This document shows positions 9,938 to 17,156 of a DNA stretch of 54,347 nt, piece by piece. The stretch is taken from the IMG/VR virus record IMGVR_UViG_3300032342_001249, positions 1 to 54,347 of that record. The stretch is one strand, 5' to 3'. Every line of letters starts with the position of its first letter. Position 1 is the first letter of the stretch. The notes under the pieces were generated by a model. That model did not search any database, was not told where the DNA came from, and saw nothing but the letters and a program-made list of their open reading frames with translations. A program made the position numbers and the translations under genes. Source of the stretch: a virus. Lineage: Duplodnaviria; Caudoviricetes.

Positions 9938-10002
9938 TTCAGAGGTAGAACGGGGAATTCTAAATTCCTGCGTCGCGGGTTCGAGTCCTGCTGCGGGCAC
10001 CA
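9928..10002 (+). tRNA. tRNA with CUA anticodon (amber suppressor-type)
   Basis: GCTCGTA/TGCGGGC acceptor, GGGAA-TTCTAAA-TTCCT anticodon arm, GCGGG-TTCGAGT-CCTGC T arm, ACCA end. Confidence 0.85.
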
Positions 10003-10099
10003 TATTTTGGAAACTCGTGTTGTTTCCATCATAAATACGTTGTCATTTATATGACAGAAGAGAATACATTTTTAACTTTTATCAGACGGGAGAAGGAAC

Positions 10100-11419
10100 A
10101 TGAAGACATATGTAGGTATCGCACGCGATCATAGCGTTTCAATTCGCAGTTACGGTCTCGAAGGTGCATGCACCAAAGACTACAATACGCAAATCGCGGC
10201 AATTCAAGCAGGTTCAACACAATACAATCAAGACTCAATCGTTAGCGTTGTTCGTTTCAGCGACGTCGTCGAACGTGAAGTCGTCAATTCGCCGGTTGGA
10301 GTTTTGACACCTATCACAATATATCGTGCTAATGGTGGTTCGACCCGATTGTACGACGGTATCGGCGAACTGATTTCAATTTTCGAAAAGTTACCAGATG
10401 CAAACGATCCGAACGTTGCGTTCTTGATTATGGCTATTACCGACGGCGAAGAGAATTCTTCTCGTACCTGGCGTAGTGATCATCTGCAACGTAAGATGCA
10501 TCAATTGCAAGGAACAGATCGTTGGACATTCACGATTCGCGTCCCACGCGGGTTCAAACGTGCGTTGGTTCAACGTGGGTTCTATGAAGGTAACGTCTTC
10601 GAATGGGAACAAACACAACAAGGAATGCAAATTGCAGAAGCGGCAACTTCACTCAGTGTTGGTTCTTACTATGCAGCACGTTCACGTGGTGTAACGATGA
10701 CCAAATCGTTTTACACAACGGATTTGAGCAATGTTAATATCAAGACAATTCAAACGAACTTGATTGATATTTCCAAGCAAATTAGTGAATGGAAAGTCAA
10801 TACTGATACAGAGTCACAAATGCAAATTCGTGAATTTGCAGAAAAGATGAGTGGTAAGCCAATGCTTCGTGGGGCTGCATTCTACGAACTAGTTAAGAAA
10901 GAAGATGAGGTTCAAGAATATAAATTGATCATGATTCGTGACCGTGCAACACGTGCTGTATATTGTGGTCCGAATGCACGTCAACTTCTCAATCTACCAA
11001 CAAGTGGCACAATTCAACTTCGTCCAGGTGATCATGCAGCGTATGACGTGTTTATCCAATCAACCTCTGTTAACCGCAAGTTGCCAGTTGGCACGACATT
11101 GATGTATTGGCCAAATGTTGGTGTGGGGTACATTGAAGGCAAGAGTGCACCAAAAGCTGCTGCATCAACTCCAGCCGTCAAACCTGCTCGCAAAGTTGGT
11201 GATCCCTCTCAACTAGTTCGTAAGCAACAAATTGCTGCTGGTATTGTTCCAACGACACCTTCGGGAGGAGATTGGAATGCTGGTTATACGACTGGTTATA
11301 AACATGGCCGTGGAAAACAAGCCAATCTAGCAAAGAAAGGTACGTTTGCCGGTAATGCGACTGCATATCAAGAAGGTTTCACTGATGGTAAGGCAAAGAA
11401 GGCAAGTAAAGTCAAGTAA
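10100..11419 (+). CDS. von Willebrand factor A domain protein
   Basis: RDHSVS MIDAS-like, GSTRLYDGIG, ITDGEENSS. Confidence 0.8.
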   Translation: MKTYVGIARDHSVSIRSYGLEGACTKDYNTQIAAIQAGSTQYNQDSIVSVVRFSDVVEREVVNSPVGVLTPITIYRANGGSTRLYDGIGELISIFEKLPDANDPNVAFLIMAITDGEENSSRTWRSDHLQRKMHQLQGTDRWTFTIRVPRGFKRALVQRGFYEGNVFEWEQTQQGMQIAEAATSLSVGSYYAARSRGVTMTKSFYTTDLSNVNIKTIQTNLIDISKQISEWKVNTDTESQMQIREFAEKMSGKPMLRGAAFYELVKKEDEVQEYKLIMIRDRATRAVYCGPNARQLLNLPTSGTIQLRPGDHAAYDVFIQSTSVNRKLPVGTTLMYWPNVGVGYIEGKSAPKAAASTPAVKPARKVGDPSQLVRKQQIAAGIVPTTPSGGDWNAGYTTGYKHGRGKQANLAKKGTFAGNATAYQEGFTDGKAKKASKVK

Positions 11420-11433
11420 TTTAGTTTCAAACT

Positions 11434-11466
11434 GAAAATGCCCGTTTCGACGGGCATTTTTCTTTT
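11434..11466 (+). terminator. Intrinsic terminator
   Basis: aaaatgcccg-tttcga-cgggcatttt followed by T-rich tract. Confidence 0.8.
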
Positions 11467-11542
11467 GGGGGGTCAATAAGATAAAAACGTTAGTTGCCCC
11501 TTGTCTCCTATAAATATCATCACATCCATGGGAGATTCCACA

Positions 11543-13312
11543 ATGAAACAAGGCTTCATCATTGCTAAGAACAAGCAATCTAAGCTGTTCTTCAGCTCGC
11601 TCGGCTCTTACGACCGTCCTATTTGGACGGACAAATTAGAAGAAGCCGCATCATTTCACAGTGATTCAGTTGCTCATGCTTCAGTCAAGAAGCTATGGGA
11701 ACATCGTCATTGGTCATCAAAAGTTGTTGCTATTTCTGAACTAGAAGCATTTAGAATCGATCCAGCAACACATGACAAATTACCAATTGTGCCACAAGGT
11801 GAAACTGGTGACGCTGTATCTCCAGACGATGCTTCTGCGGATGTTGATTCACATTCTGAATATGCACCTGATGATGAACATGATGAACATGATGAACATG
11901 ATGAACATGATGAACATGATGAACATGATGAACATGATGATCCAGAAGATATGGATTCTGATCCAAACTCAAGTGAAAGCGAAACAGATCACATGGATTC
12001 TGATTCGTCTGATTCTATGGAAGATCAGCTCAGCGCAGATTCAACAGCTGATGAAGATAGTGATGTTGATGGTGATCAAGGCGATGAAGAATGTCCAACA
12101 TGTCATAAACATGCTGGTCAACATGAAGAAAATTGCGAAATGTCAATGCCTGTTGTTTCTCAAGAAGAAGAACACACACGTGGCGTGTTCAGGGATGGTG
12201 AGAAGGTAAAGTGGCACGGACATGATGCAGAAATCATCGGTCACCGTCGCGGTGAAACTGATTTTGTTGTTGTTCGTGTGGGTGGGCTTGACCGCAAAGT
12301 TCCGTACACGGAAATTACAAAAGTAACGGAATCAATTGAAGGTGTAAATCCACATATTGGTGCTCAAACAGCATCGGCTCATCCAGCCGGTGAACGTGCT
12401 GGACAGGCCCGCGCCGGAGAGCATGCCTGGTCAAATGCAAAACATGTATACGTATATCTCAATGGTCGCAAATACGATTTTGAAAATAATGCACCAGCTG
12501 CAATTCTGTTCATCAAGAAGTTAACTCCTGATGAACAGAAACTTGCAAAGATGGTTACAGAAAGTCCAGCATTAACTCTGACAAATCTTCCAGCCGGTGA
12601 ACGTGCTGGACAGGCCCGCGCCGGAGAGCATGCCTGGTCAGATCCATCGCAGGCAAAACATGTATGTGTATATCTCAATGGTCGCAAATACGATTTTAAA
12701 AACAATGCAGCTGAAGCTGTTCGATTCATGCAGAGGTTAACTCCTGATGAACAGAAACTTGCAAAGATGGTTACAGAAAGTCCAACGATGCCTAAGCGTC
12801 CTGGTAACGATCCTGCTCCACCACAAGAAAATAAGGATCTAATTCCAAACCTAACAAAACCAAAAGTTACAGACATTGGTTTTGATGATCCAGCTAATAT
12901 TCCTCACCCACCAGAAACCGATCTTACATACGCAACAGCGATGGCGCATGATGAAAAAGTAAAGATTCCTGGTAATGTGTTGGCAGCCTTGAAAGATAGT
13001 ATCAATGTGTTCCGTAAAGCAGCCGACTATAACAATAATCGTGATGATGCACAATCATCATTCTGTATGACAGTTACGGGTGCACTGGAAGAGCTTCACG
13101 ATCATATTAGTCAGGGTACAGTTGAAGGTCTTAAGCAAGCACAAATTAAGATGTCTTCTTGGATGAATCCAATTACAACAAACATTCCTGATGTTGTTCG
13201 TTTGTTTGTCGTTAATGGTGGACGCCAGCCAACATTGAAAGATATGTTTGACACTAAGCGTGGTGAAGCACTATTGAAGCGTGCATCCAAAGGCTTTGGA
13301 TATAAGGATTAA
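11543..13312 (+). CDS. Large acidic protein with low-complexity and duplicated segments, probable virion internal protein
   Basis: TATAAATA upstream; (HDE)n tract; internal ~62-aa duplication. Confidence 0.7.
   Translation: MKQGFIIAKNKQSKLFFSSLGSYDRPIWTDKLEEAASFHSDSVAHASVKKLWEHRHWSSKVVAISELEAFRIDPATHDKLPIVPQGETGDAVSPDDASADVDSHSEYAPDDEHDEHDEHDEHDEHDEHDEHDDPEDMDSDPNSSESETDHMDSDSSDSMEDQLSADSTADEDSDVDGDQGDEECPTCHKHAGQHEENCEMSMPVVSQEEEHTRGVFRDGEKVKWHGHDAEIIGHRRGETDFVVVRVGGLDRKVPYTEITKVTESIEGVNPHIGAQTASAHPAGERAGQARAGEHAWSNAKHVYVYLNGRKYDFENNAPAAILFIKKLTPDEQKLAKMVTESPALTLTNLPAGERAGQARAGEHAWSDPSQAKHVCVYLNGRKYDFKNNAAEAVRFMQRLTPDEQKLAKMVTESPTMPKRPGNDPAPPQENKDLIPNLTKPKVTDIGFDDPANIPHPPETDLTYATAMAHDEKVKIPGNVLAALKDSINVFRKAADYNNNRDDAQSSFCMTVTGALEELHDHISQGTVEGLKQAQIKMSSWMNPITTNIPDVVRLFVVNGGRQPTLKDMFDTKRGEALLKRASKGFGYKD
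11873..11940 (+). repeat. 9-bp tandem repeat GATGAACAT, about 7 copies, in frame (DEH)n
   Basis: Directly visible. Confidence 0.95.
12383..12784 (+). repeat. Two ~190-bp near-identical in-frame direct repeats (12383-12568, 12590-12784)
   Basis: ccagccggtgaacgtgctggacaggcccgcgccggagagcatgcctggtca ... gatggttacagaaagtcca occurs twice. Confidence 0.92.
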
Positions 13313-13471
13313 TTTGATGACACTTGATGAGATTGTAGTTGAGAAAAAGGTTCTAAAAGAAGGAACTGCACCACGTGCGACTTCACCCATGGCGAAGTCG
13401 TCAAACAAAGGAAAGCAGAAAACTACAAAACGAGCAAAAGCTCGTCGTGTTACTTTTCAATGGTCCGGCGG

Positions 13472-13500
13472 TTGATTTACTATAACAAATCACATATACT
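13472..13500 (+). promoter_or_regulatory. sigma70-like promoter
   Basis: TTGATT-17 nt-TATACT. Confidence 0.65.
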
Positions 13501-13598
13501 TACAAAATATTGAAACTTGACAGTTGGAAAGACAACGGCTACCCAAAGTGCTAATGGAGAGTGGTTGGATACATCCATTGAAATAGTTTCAAAAACTG

Positions 13599-13627
13599 TT
13601 GACCTCTTCTATAAATAGAGGTACAGT
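13599..13627 (+). promoter_or_regulatory. sigma70-like promoter with an embedded late-type TATAAATA
   Basis: TTGACC-17 nt-TACAGT; TATAAATA at 13610-13617. Confidence 0.6.
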
Positions 13628-13670
13628 AATTAAATATTTGCTTTACAAAATTTAACCGAAGGGTAATGAA

Positions 13671-13805
13671 ATGCAACATTGTCTACACCAACATAGCTGG
13701 CAACTGAGCGATAGTTCGCTCGGGCTGAGCTCTATGCGTTCATATCGATTTGAACGTGTTGAGCAGCCTAGCAGCTCCCTTCGTGGAGATGATCTGAGAG
13801 CATAA
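13671..13805 (+). CDS. Putative attenuator leader peptide, 44 aa (MQHCLHQHSWQLSDSSLGLSSMRSYRFERVEQPSSSLRGDDLRA)
   Basis: GAAGGG SD at 13658-13663; ORF contains a segment complementary to the terminator 5' arm; below the ORF-track length cutoff. Confidence 0.7.
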   Translation: MQHCLHQHSWQLSDSSLGLSSMRSYRFERVEQPSSSLRGDDLRA

Positions 13806-13829
13806 TTTCAGAAAATCAGAACAAACACG

Positions 13830-13867
13830 AAGGGCAGCTCCGGAAACGAAGCTGCCCTTTTTATTTG
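13830..13867 (+). terminator. Intrinsic terminator of the putative attenuator
   Basis: aagggcagct...agctgccctt followed by tttattt. Confidence 0.85.
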
Positions 13868-13877
13868 CTCTTTGATG

Positions 13878-14107
13878 TACGTCCAGATAGGAAACGAGAT
13901 CCTACTGTGGACGTAAAATATACAGGAATTGTCGGCGGCTAGGATGAAAGTACTGGCGTGAACAGTACGAGTAAAAGTAGTCACCACAGGGACAGCCTGT
14001 GGTAGAGTACGATAAGTATTCTAGAGGAACACTATAGAGGATGGTGGATTCCCGTATGGGGATTCACTGCTTAGTCTGCGGACAAAGGTCTTCTGTAGTG
14101 TTCTTAG
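13878..14107 (+). ncRNA. Multi-hairpin structured RNA between the attenuator and the first array tRNA
   Basis: tacgtcca/tggacgta, gtactg/cagtac, accacagg/cctgtggt, tagagtac/gtattcta, gaacactatagagga/tcttctgtagtgttc. Confidence 0.55.
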
Positions 14108-14124
14108 TGGATTTTCACTTCAAT

Positions 14125-14201
14125 GGTGGTCGTAGTGTAGTGGTTCTGCATACTTGGCTGTGAACCAGGGGGTACCGGATCGTAACCGGTCGATCACCCC
14201 A
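14125..14201 (+). tRNA. tRNA-His(GTG)
   Basis: G-1:C73, CTTGG-CTGTGAA-CCAGG, atypical T-loop ATCGTAA, CCA. Confidence 0.88.
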
Positions 14202-14241
14202 AGTTCAACTATAAATAAAGTTGAACTCAATAGGAAGTGAA

Positions 14242-14664
14242 ATGTCAGCAAAACGAAAAATTTGTACACAATGTAAGAAAGAGAAAGCTATCACAGAATA
14301 TCGCCGTGATAGACTGCGAACAGACGGTCGAAATTCAGCTTGTAAAGTTTGCATGCGAAGTTTGCAAAGTAAACGATATAAAGAACTTTATTCACAAACA
14401 AGAGCAACACGTGATAAAGCTCTTAGAGATGAAAATCGAAAGAAACTTGATGAAATTAAACGGTTTTGTGGATGTTCGTGTTGTGATGAAAAAGAACTTG
14501 TATGTTTGGAATTTCATCATCGCAATTCATCGCAAAAAGATTTTACAATTGGTCAAAATACTCACAGAACGTGGAATTATATTGAAAGTGAGATTTCAAA
14601 ATGTACGATTGTGTGTTCAAATTGTCATAAAAAGATTCATGCTGGCTTAGTGAAAATCCCCTAA
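14242..14664 (+). CDS. HNH endonuclease
   Basis: CxxC.....CLEFHH....KDFTI..KC.IVCSNCH.K.H; TATAAATA upstream. Confidence 0.85.
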   Translation: MSAKRKICTQCKKEKAITEYRRDRLRTDGRNSACKVCMRSLQSKRYKELYSQTRATRDKALRDENRKKLDEIKRFCGCSCCDEKELVCLEFHHRNSSQKDFTIGQNTHRTWNYIESEISKCTIVCSNCHKKIHAGLVKIP

Positions 14665-14684
14665 GAGCATTACGTGTTCTTAAT

Positions 14685-14759
14685 TGGAGAGTAGCTCAGA
14701 GAAAGAGCACCAGCAACTACGGCTGGATGTCGATGGTTTAAGTCCATCCTTTCCAACAA
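14685..14759 (+). ncRNA. Atypical tRNA-like RNA A (loop AACTACG, no D-loop GG, T-loop TTTAAGT)
   Basis: All four stems pair but conserved loop nucleotides are replaced. Confidence 0.65.
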
Positions 14760-14761
14760 AT

Positions 14762-14852
14762 GGTAGATTGGCAGAGTGGCGATTGCAGCGGTTTGCTAAA
14801 CCGTAGACTGGCGAAAGTCGGTCCATAGGTTCGAGTCCTATATCTACCGCCA
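14762..14852 (+). tRNA. tRNA-Ser(GCT)
   Basis: Cloverleaf with long variable arm, TTGCTAA loop, GCCA. Confidence 0.92.
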
Positions 14853-14913
14853 AATTGATAAGCACATGTTGAGGGACTGAAAAGACATGTCACCACTGGT
14901 CAACGTTCCAAAT

Positions 14914-14985
14914 ATCTCGTGTAAGGGAATTACCTCGGACCCTGCGAAGGTTTGAAGTGCCGTTCAACTCGGCAACGGGATGCCA
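14914..14985 (+). tRNA. tRNA-Arg(GCG), short atypical D arm
   Basis: ATCTCGT/ACGGGAT, GGACC-CTGCGAA-GGTTT, TGCCG-TTCAACT-CGGCA, GCCA. Confidence 0.7.
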
Positions 14986-15000
14986 AATTAAAAGTTTAAT

Positions 15001-15076
15001 ACCATCATAGTGTAGTGGTTCTGCACGCGATCCTGTCACGGTTGAAGTAGGAGTTCGATCCTCCTTGGTGGTGCCA
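15001..15076 (+). tRNA. tRNA-Asp(GTC)
   Basis: Cloverleaf, CTGTCAC loop, GCCA. Confidence 0.88.
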
Positions 15077-15087
15077 AATTATTATAT

Positions 15088-15173
15088 GGGGTGTTAGCAT
15101 AGTCTGGCTTAATGCGCTTGCCTGTCACGTGTCACGCAAGAGATCACGAGTTCAAATCTCGTACATCCCGCCA
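15088..15173 (+). tRNA. tRNA-Asp(GTC) with 7-nt tandem duplication in the anticodon loop
   Basis: CTTGC-C(TGTCACG)(TGTCACG)-CAAG; the rest is canonical. Confidence 0.75.
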
Positions 15174-15175
15174 AT

Positions 15176-15250
15176 AGGAGAGTAGCTCAGATGCAAGAGC
15201 GCAGCCCACGGGGGCTGAGGTCGATGGTTTAAATCCATCCTCTCCTACCA
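15176..15250 (+). ncRNA. Atypical tRNA-like RNA B (no 7-nt anticodon loop), paralog of RNA A
   Basis: AGGAGAG/CTCTCCT-ACCA, cagccc-acgg-gggctg, T arm GATGG-TTTAAAT-CCATC. Confidence 0.65.
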
Positions 15251-15342
15251 ATTATAAGGAAAAGAGATACCGTGATCTTCCAGCCAGCAAGGGCTGGTGA
15301 CTTCCACAACCGGGAAGTCTAATAAATGCACGGGCCAATTTT

Positions 15343-15427
15343 GCGTGTGTGCCCGACCGGTAAGGGGCGAGGCTGTAACCCTCGAGCATGCTAGCCATAG
15401 GTGGTTCGATTCCATCCACACGCACCA
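15343..15427 (+). tRNA. tRNA-Tyr(GTA)
   Basis: CGAGG-CTGTAAC-CCTCG, variable arm, ACCA. Confidence 0.88.
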
Positions 15428-15437
15428 AGTTTTAAAT

Positions 15438-15520
15438 GTATCGGCTGGGCATTGGCGAGCCCAAGTGGCTGTAACCCACCCGTCTAGGCTGTGGCGGTTC
15501 AACTCCGTCCCGATACACCA
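15438..15520 (+). tRNA. tRNA-Tyr(GTA), second copy
   Basis: GTATCGG/CCGATAC, CTGTAAC loop, ACCA. Confidence 0.85.
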
Positions 15521-15583
15521 TTGATTCAAGCGGAAAAAGCTGCCCCAACACCTTGGAAAGGTATGGGGCACCTATACCAATAT

Positions 15584-15659
15584 GGTGCATTGGCAGAGCG
15601 GTTAGTGCGTTTCCCTCATAAGGAAAAAAACAGTGGTTCGAATCCACTATGCACCACCA
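15584..15659 (+). tRNA. tRNA(CAT): elongator Met or Ile2
   Basis: TTTCC-CTCATAA-GGAAA, ACCA. Confidence 0.88.
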
Positions 15660-15690
15660 AGTTGTGATTAACTTAACTTTCAGAAATAAT

Positions 15691-15777
15691 GCCTTTGTGG
15701 TGGAATTGGTATACACACGATGTTGAGAACGTCGGCCCTTAAGTGGGATGCAGGTTCGATTCCTGTCAAAGGCACCA
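15691..15777 (+). tRNA. tRNA-Leu(GAG)
   Basis: CGATG-TTGAGAA-CGTCG, variable arm, ACCA. Confidence 0.9.
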
Positions 15778-15781
15778 AGTT

Positions 15782-15879
15782 GTTGCGTAGTAAGACGGTT
15801 ACTTCACTTATGGAAAAAGAGAGTTAGAGGTTCGATTCCTCTCCTGGAAAGCTGGTGCTACTTCGTCACTGTCTGCGAC
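15782..15879 (+). ncRNA. Y-RNA (YrlA)-like RNA 1
   Basis: GTTGCGTAG..GAC..TACTTCA 5' motif pairing with cgtc..ctgtctgcgac; internal T arm agagg-ttcgatt-cctct. Confidence 0.5.
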
Positions 15880-15897
15880 TTTAACTCAGCTTGAAAT

Positions 15898-15970
15898 GGC
15901 GAGATAGTTTAATGGAGAACATCCCCAAATGGAGGGGATAGCGTAGGTTAGAATCCTTCTCTTGCCTCTA
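15898..15970 (+). pseudogene. Atypical tRNA-like gene (anticodon loop AAATGGA, T-loop TTAGAAT)
   Basis: GGCGAGA/TCTTGCC, TCCCC/GGGGA stems; U33 absent. Confidence 0.55.
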
Positions 15971-16042
15971 ATTAACTGGACGAGAAAACCCACGAACCTG
16001 ACATGATGGATGGTTCAAAGCACGAATCAAAGTAAAAATTAT

Positions 16043-16119
16043 CAGGGTGTGATGCCAATTGGAAGGCGACCTCTTTTGGAAAGAGGAATATGCACGTTCG
16101 AGCCGTGTCACCCTGACCA
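16043..16119 (+). tRNA. tRNA-Pro(TGG)
   Basis: C1:G72, CCTCT-TTTGGAA-AGAGG, ACCA. Confidence 0.88.
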
Positions 16120-16130
16120 AGTAATACAAT

Positions 16131-16209
16131 CTCTCTTTCGCCTAGTCTGGTTATGGCACCTCGTTTGGGGCGAGGAAAAACGTCCGTTCGAATCGGACAA
16201 GAGAGACCA
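16131..16209 (+). tRNA. tRNA-Pro(TGG), second copy
   Basis: CCTCG-TTTGGGG-CGAGG, ACCA. Confidence 0.88.
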
Positions 16210-16213
16210 AGTT

Positions 16214-16291
16214 GTCCCTATCGTCTATTGGTTTGAGGACGGGAGCCTTTCAAGCTCCAGAGCGCGGGTTCGAATCCCCGTAGGGACGCCA
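16214..16291 (+). tRNA. tRNA-Glu(TTC)
   Basis: GGAGC-CTTTCAA-GCTCC, GCCA. Confidence 0.92.
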
Positions 16292-16296
16292 AGTAT

Positions 16297-16387
16297 GGAA
16301 GATATCGCGACGGCTCGCGGCCTTGCCTTGAAAACAAGTACAGCGGTGATGAACCGCTGGGGGATCGACACCTTCTATCTTCTGCCA
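16297..16387 (+). tRNA. tRNA-Ser(TGA) with tRNA-Sec-like scaffold
   Basis: Possible 8-bp acceptor GGAAGATA/TATCTTCT, 5-6 bp D stem with 4-nt loop, long variable arm, CTTGAAA loop, GCCA. Confidence 0.7.
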
Positions 16388-16394
16388 AGTTAAT

Positions 16395-16471
16395 GCACAG
16401 GTAGCTCAGCCTGGTAGAGCAGCTGGTTGAAAACCAGCGTGGCGGTGGTTCAATTCCATCTCTGTGCACCA
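16395..16471 (+). tRNA. tRNA-Phe(GAA)
   Basis: GCTGG-TTGAAAA-CCAGC, ACCA. Confidence 0.92.
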
Positions 16472-16483
16472 ATAAATAACACC

Positions 16484-16873
16484 ATGAAACTAACCGAAAT
16501 CATTACTGATGACACTGAAACATTTAAGAGATTGTTTCAAGTATTTATCAACAGTAGACAGCGTAATCAGTGGTTGGAAACTGACACGATCAAAATCTAC
16601 ATACGCAAAGGTACACACATGATTGATGGAAATCTTGCCAAGACCCTCGACATCGCAAATATCAACATCGATGAAACGGAGCGTGGTCAGGGTGTTGGAA
16701 CAATGTTGATCGATTGGCTGCATCAACAAAATCCGTTTCCTGTAACACATGTTGAAAATATTCAAAATCCACGTTTGTATACACACCTAAAGAGGCTCGG
16801 TTGGTTAGATGTTGCTGGTACGGAGCCGCCAAGTGTTTACAAACTCAAATACATCCATCGACTAACGGTTTAG
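16484..16873 (+). CDS. GNAT-family acetyltransferase-like protein; 3' end overlaps tRNA-Glu
   Basis: ANINIDETERGQGVGT acetyl-CoA binding motif; N..L...L.RLGW. Confidence 0.7.
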   Translation: MKLTEIITDDTETFKRLFQVFINSRQRNQWLETDTIKIYIRKGTHMIDGNLAKTLDIANINIDETERGQGVGTMLIDWLHQQNPFPVTHVENIQNPRLYTHLKRLGWLDVAGTEPPSVYKLKYIHRLTV

Positions 16874-16923
16874 GTCGCTACGTTCTCAGCGTGGAAATAC
16901 CGGCTCGAATCCGGTTGGGTGTA
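16851..16923 (+). tRNA. tRNA-Glu(CTC), no encoded CCA
   Basis: ACATCCA/TGGGTGT, CTACG-TTCTCAG-CGTGG. Confidence 0.8.
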
Positions 16924-16938
16924 CATTAGTTACTCGAT

Positions 16939-17012
16939 GGCCCTGTGGTGTAGTGGTAACATGACTGTCTCCAAAACAGATGACCGAGGTCCGATTCCTT
17001 GCAGGGTCGCCA
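16939..17012 (+). tRNA. tRNA-Trp(CCA)
   Basis: CTCCAAA loop, GCCA. Confidence 0.88.
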
Positions 17013-17156
17013 AATGAAATACTATTGTGATGATCGAAGACATCTTGGTTCCATGGCGAACGATATCCACATTACGATATTCCAAAACGAAGAATTGTTG
17101 AAGTGACAACAAAGTGCAATTTAGTAAGTAGTAAAGAATTATTAACAATGATTAAA

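Noticed and set aside
11772-12209. Alternative-frame ORFs rich in Met/Asn or His/Val
   Set aside because: Products of the 9-bp repeat read in other frames or on the other strand
11873-12784. Repeats as a CRISPR array or DGR template/variable repeat pair
   Set aside because: No spacers; both are in-frame coding repeats, differences are not confined to adenines, and no reverse transcriptase or cas gene is in the window
16297-16387. True selenocysteine tRNA (selC)
   Set aside because: Anticodon reads TGA (Ser), not TCA; no selA/selB in the window
15245-16472. ORF-track proteins across the tRNA array (e.g. 15245-15571, 16010-16393, 16218-16472)
   Set aside because: They are shadows of tRNA genes on either strand with no SD or protein motifs
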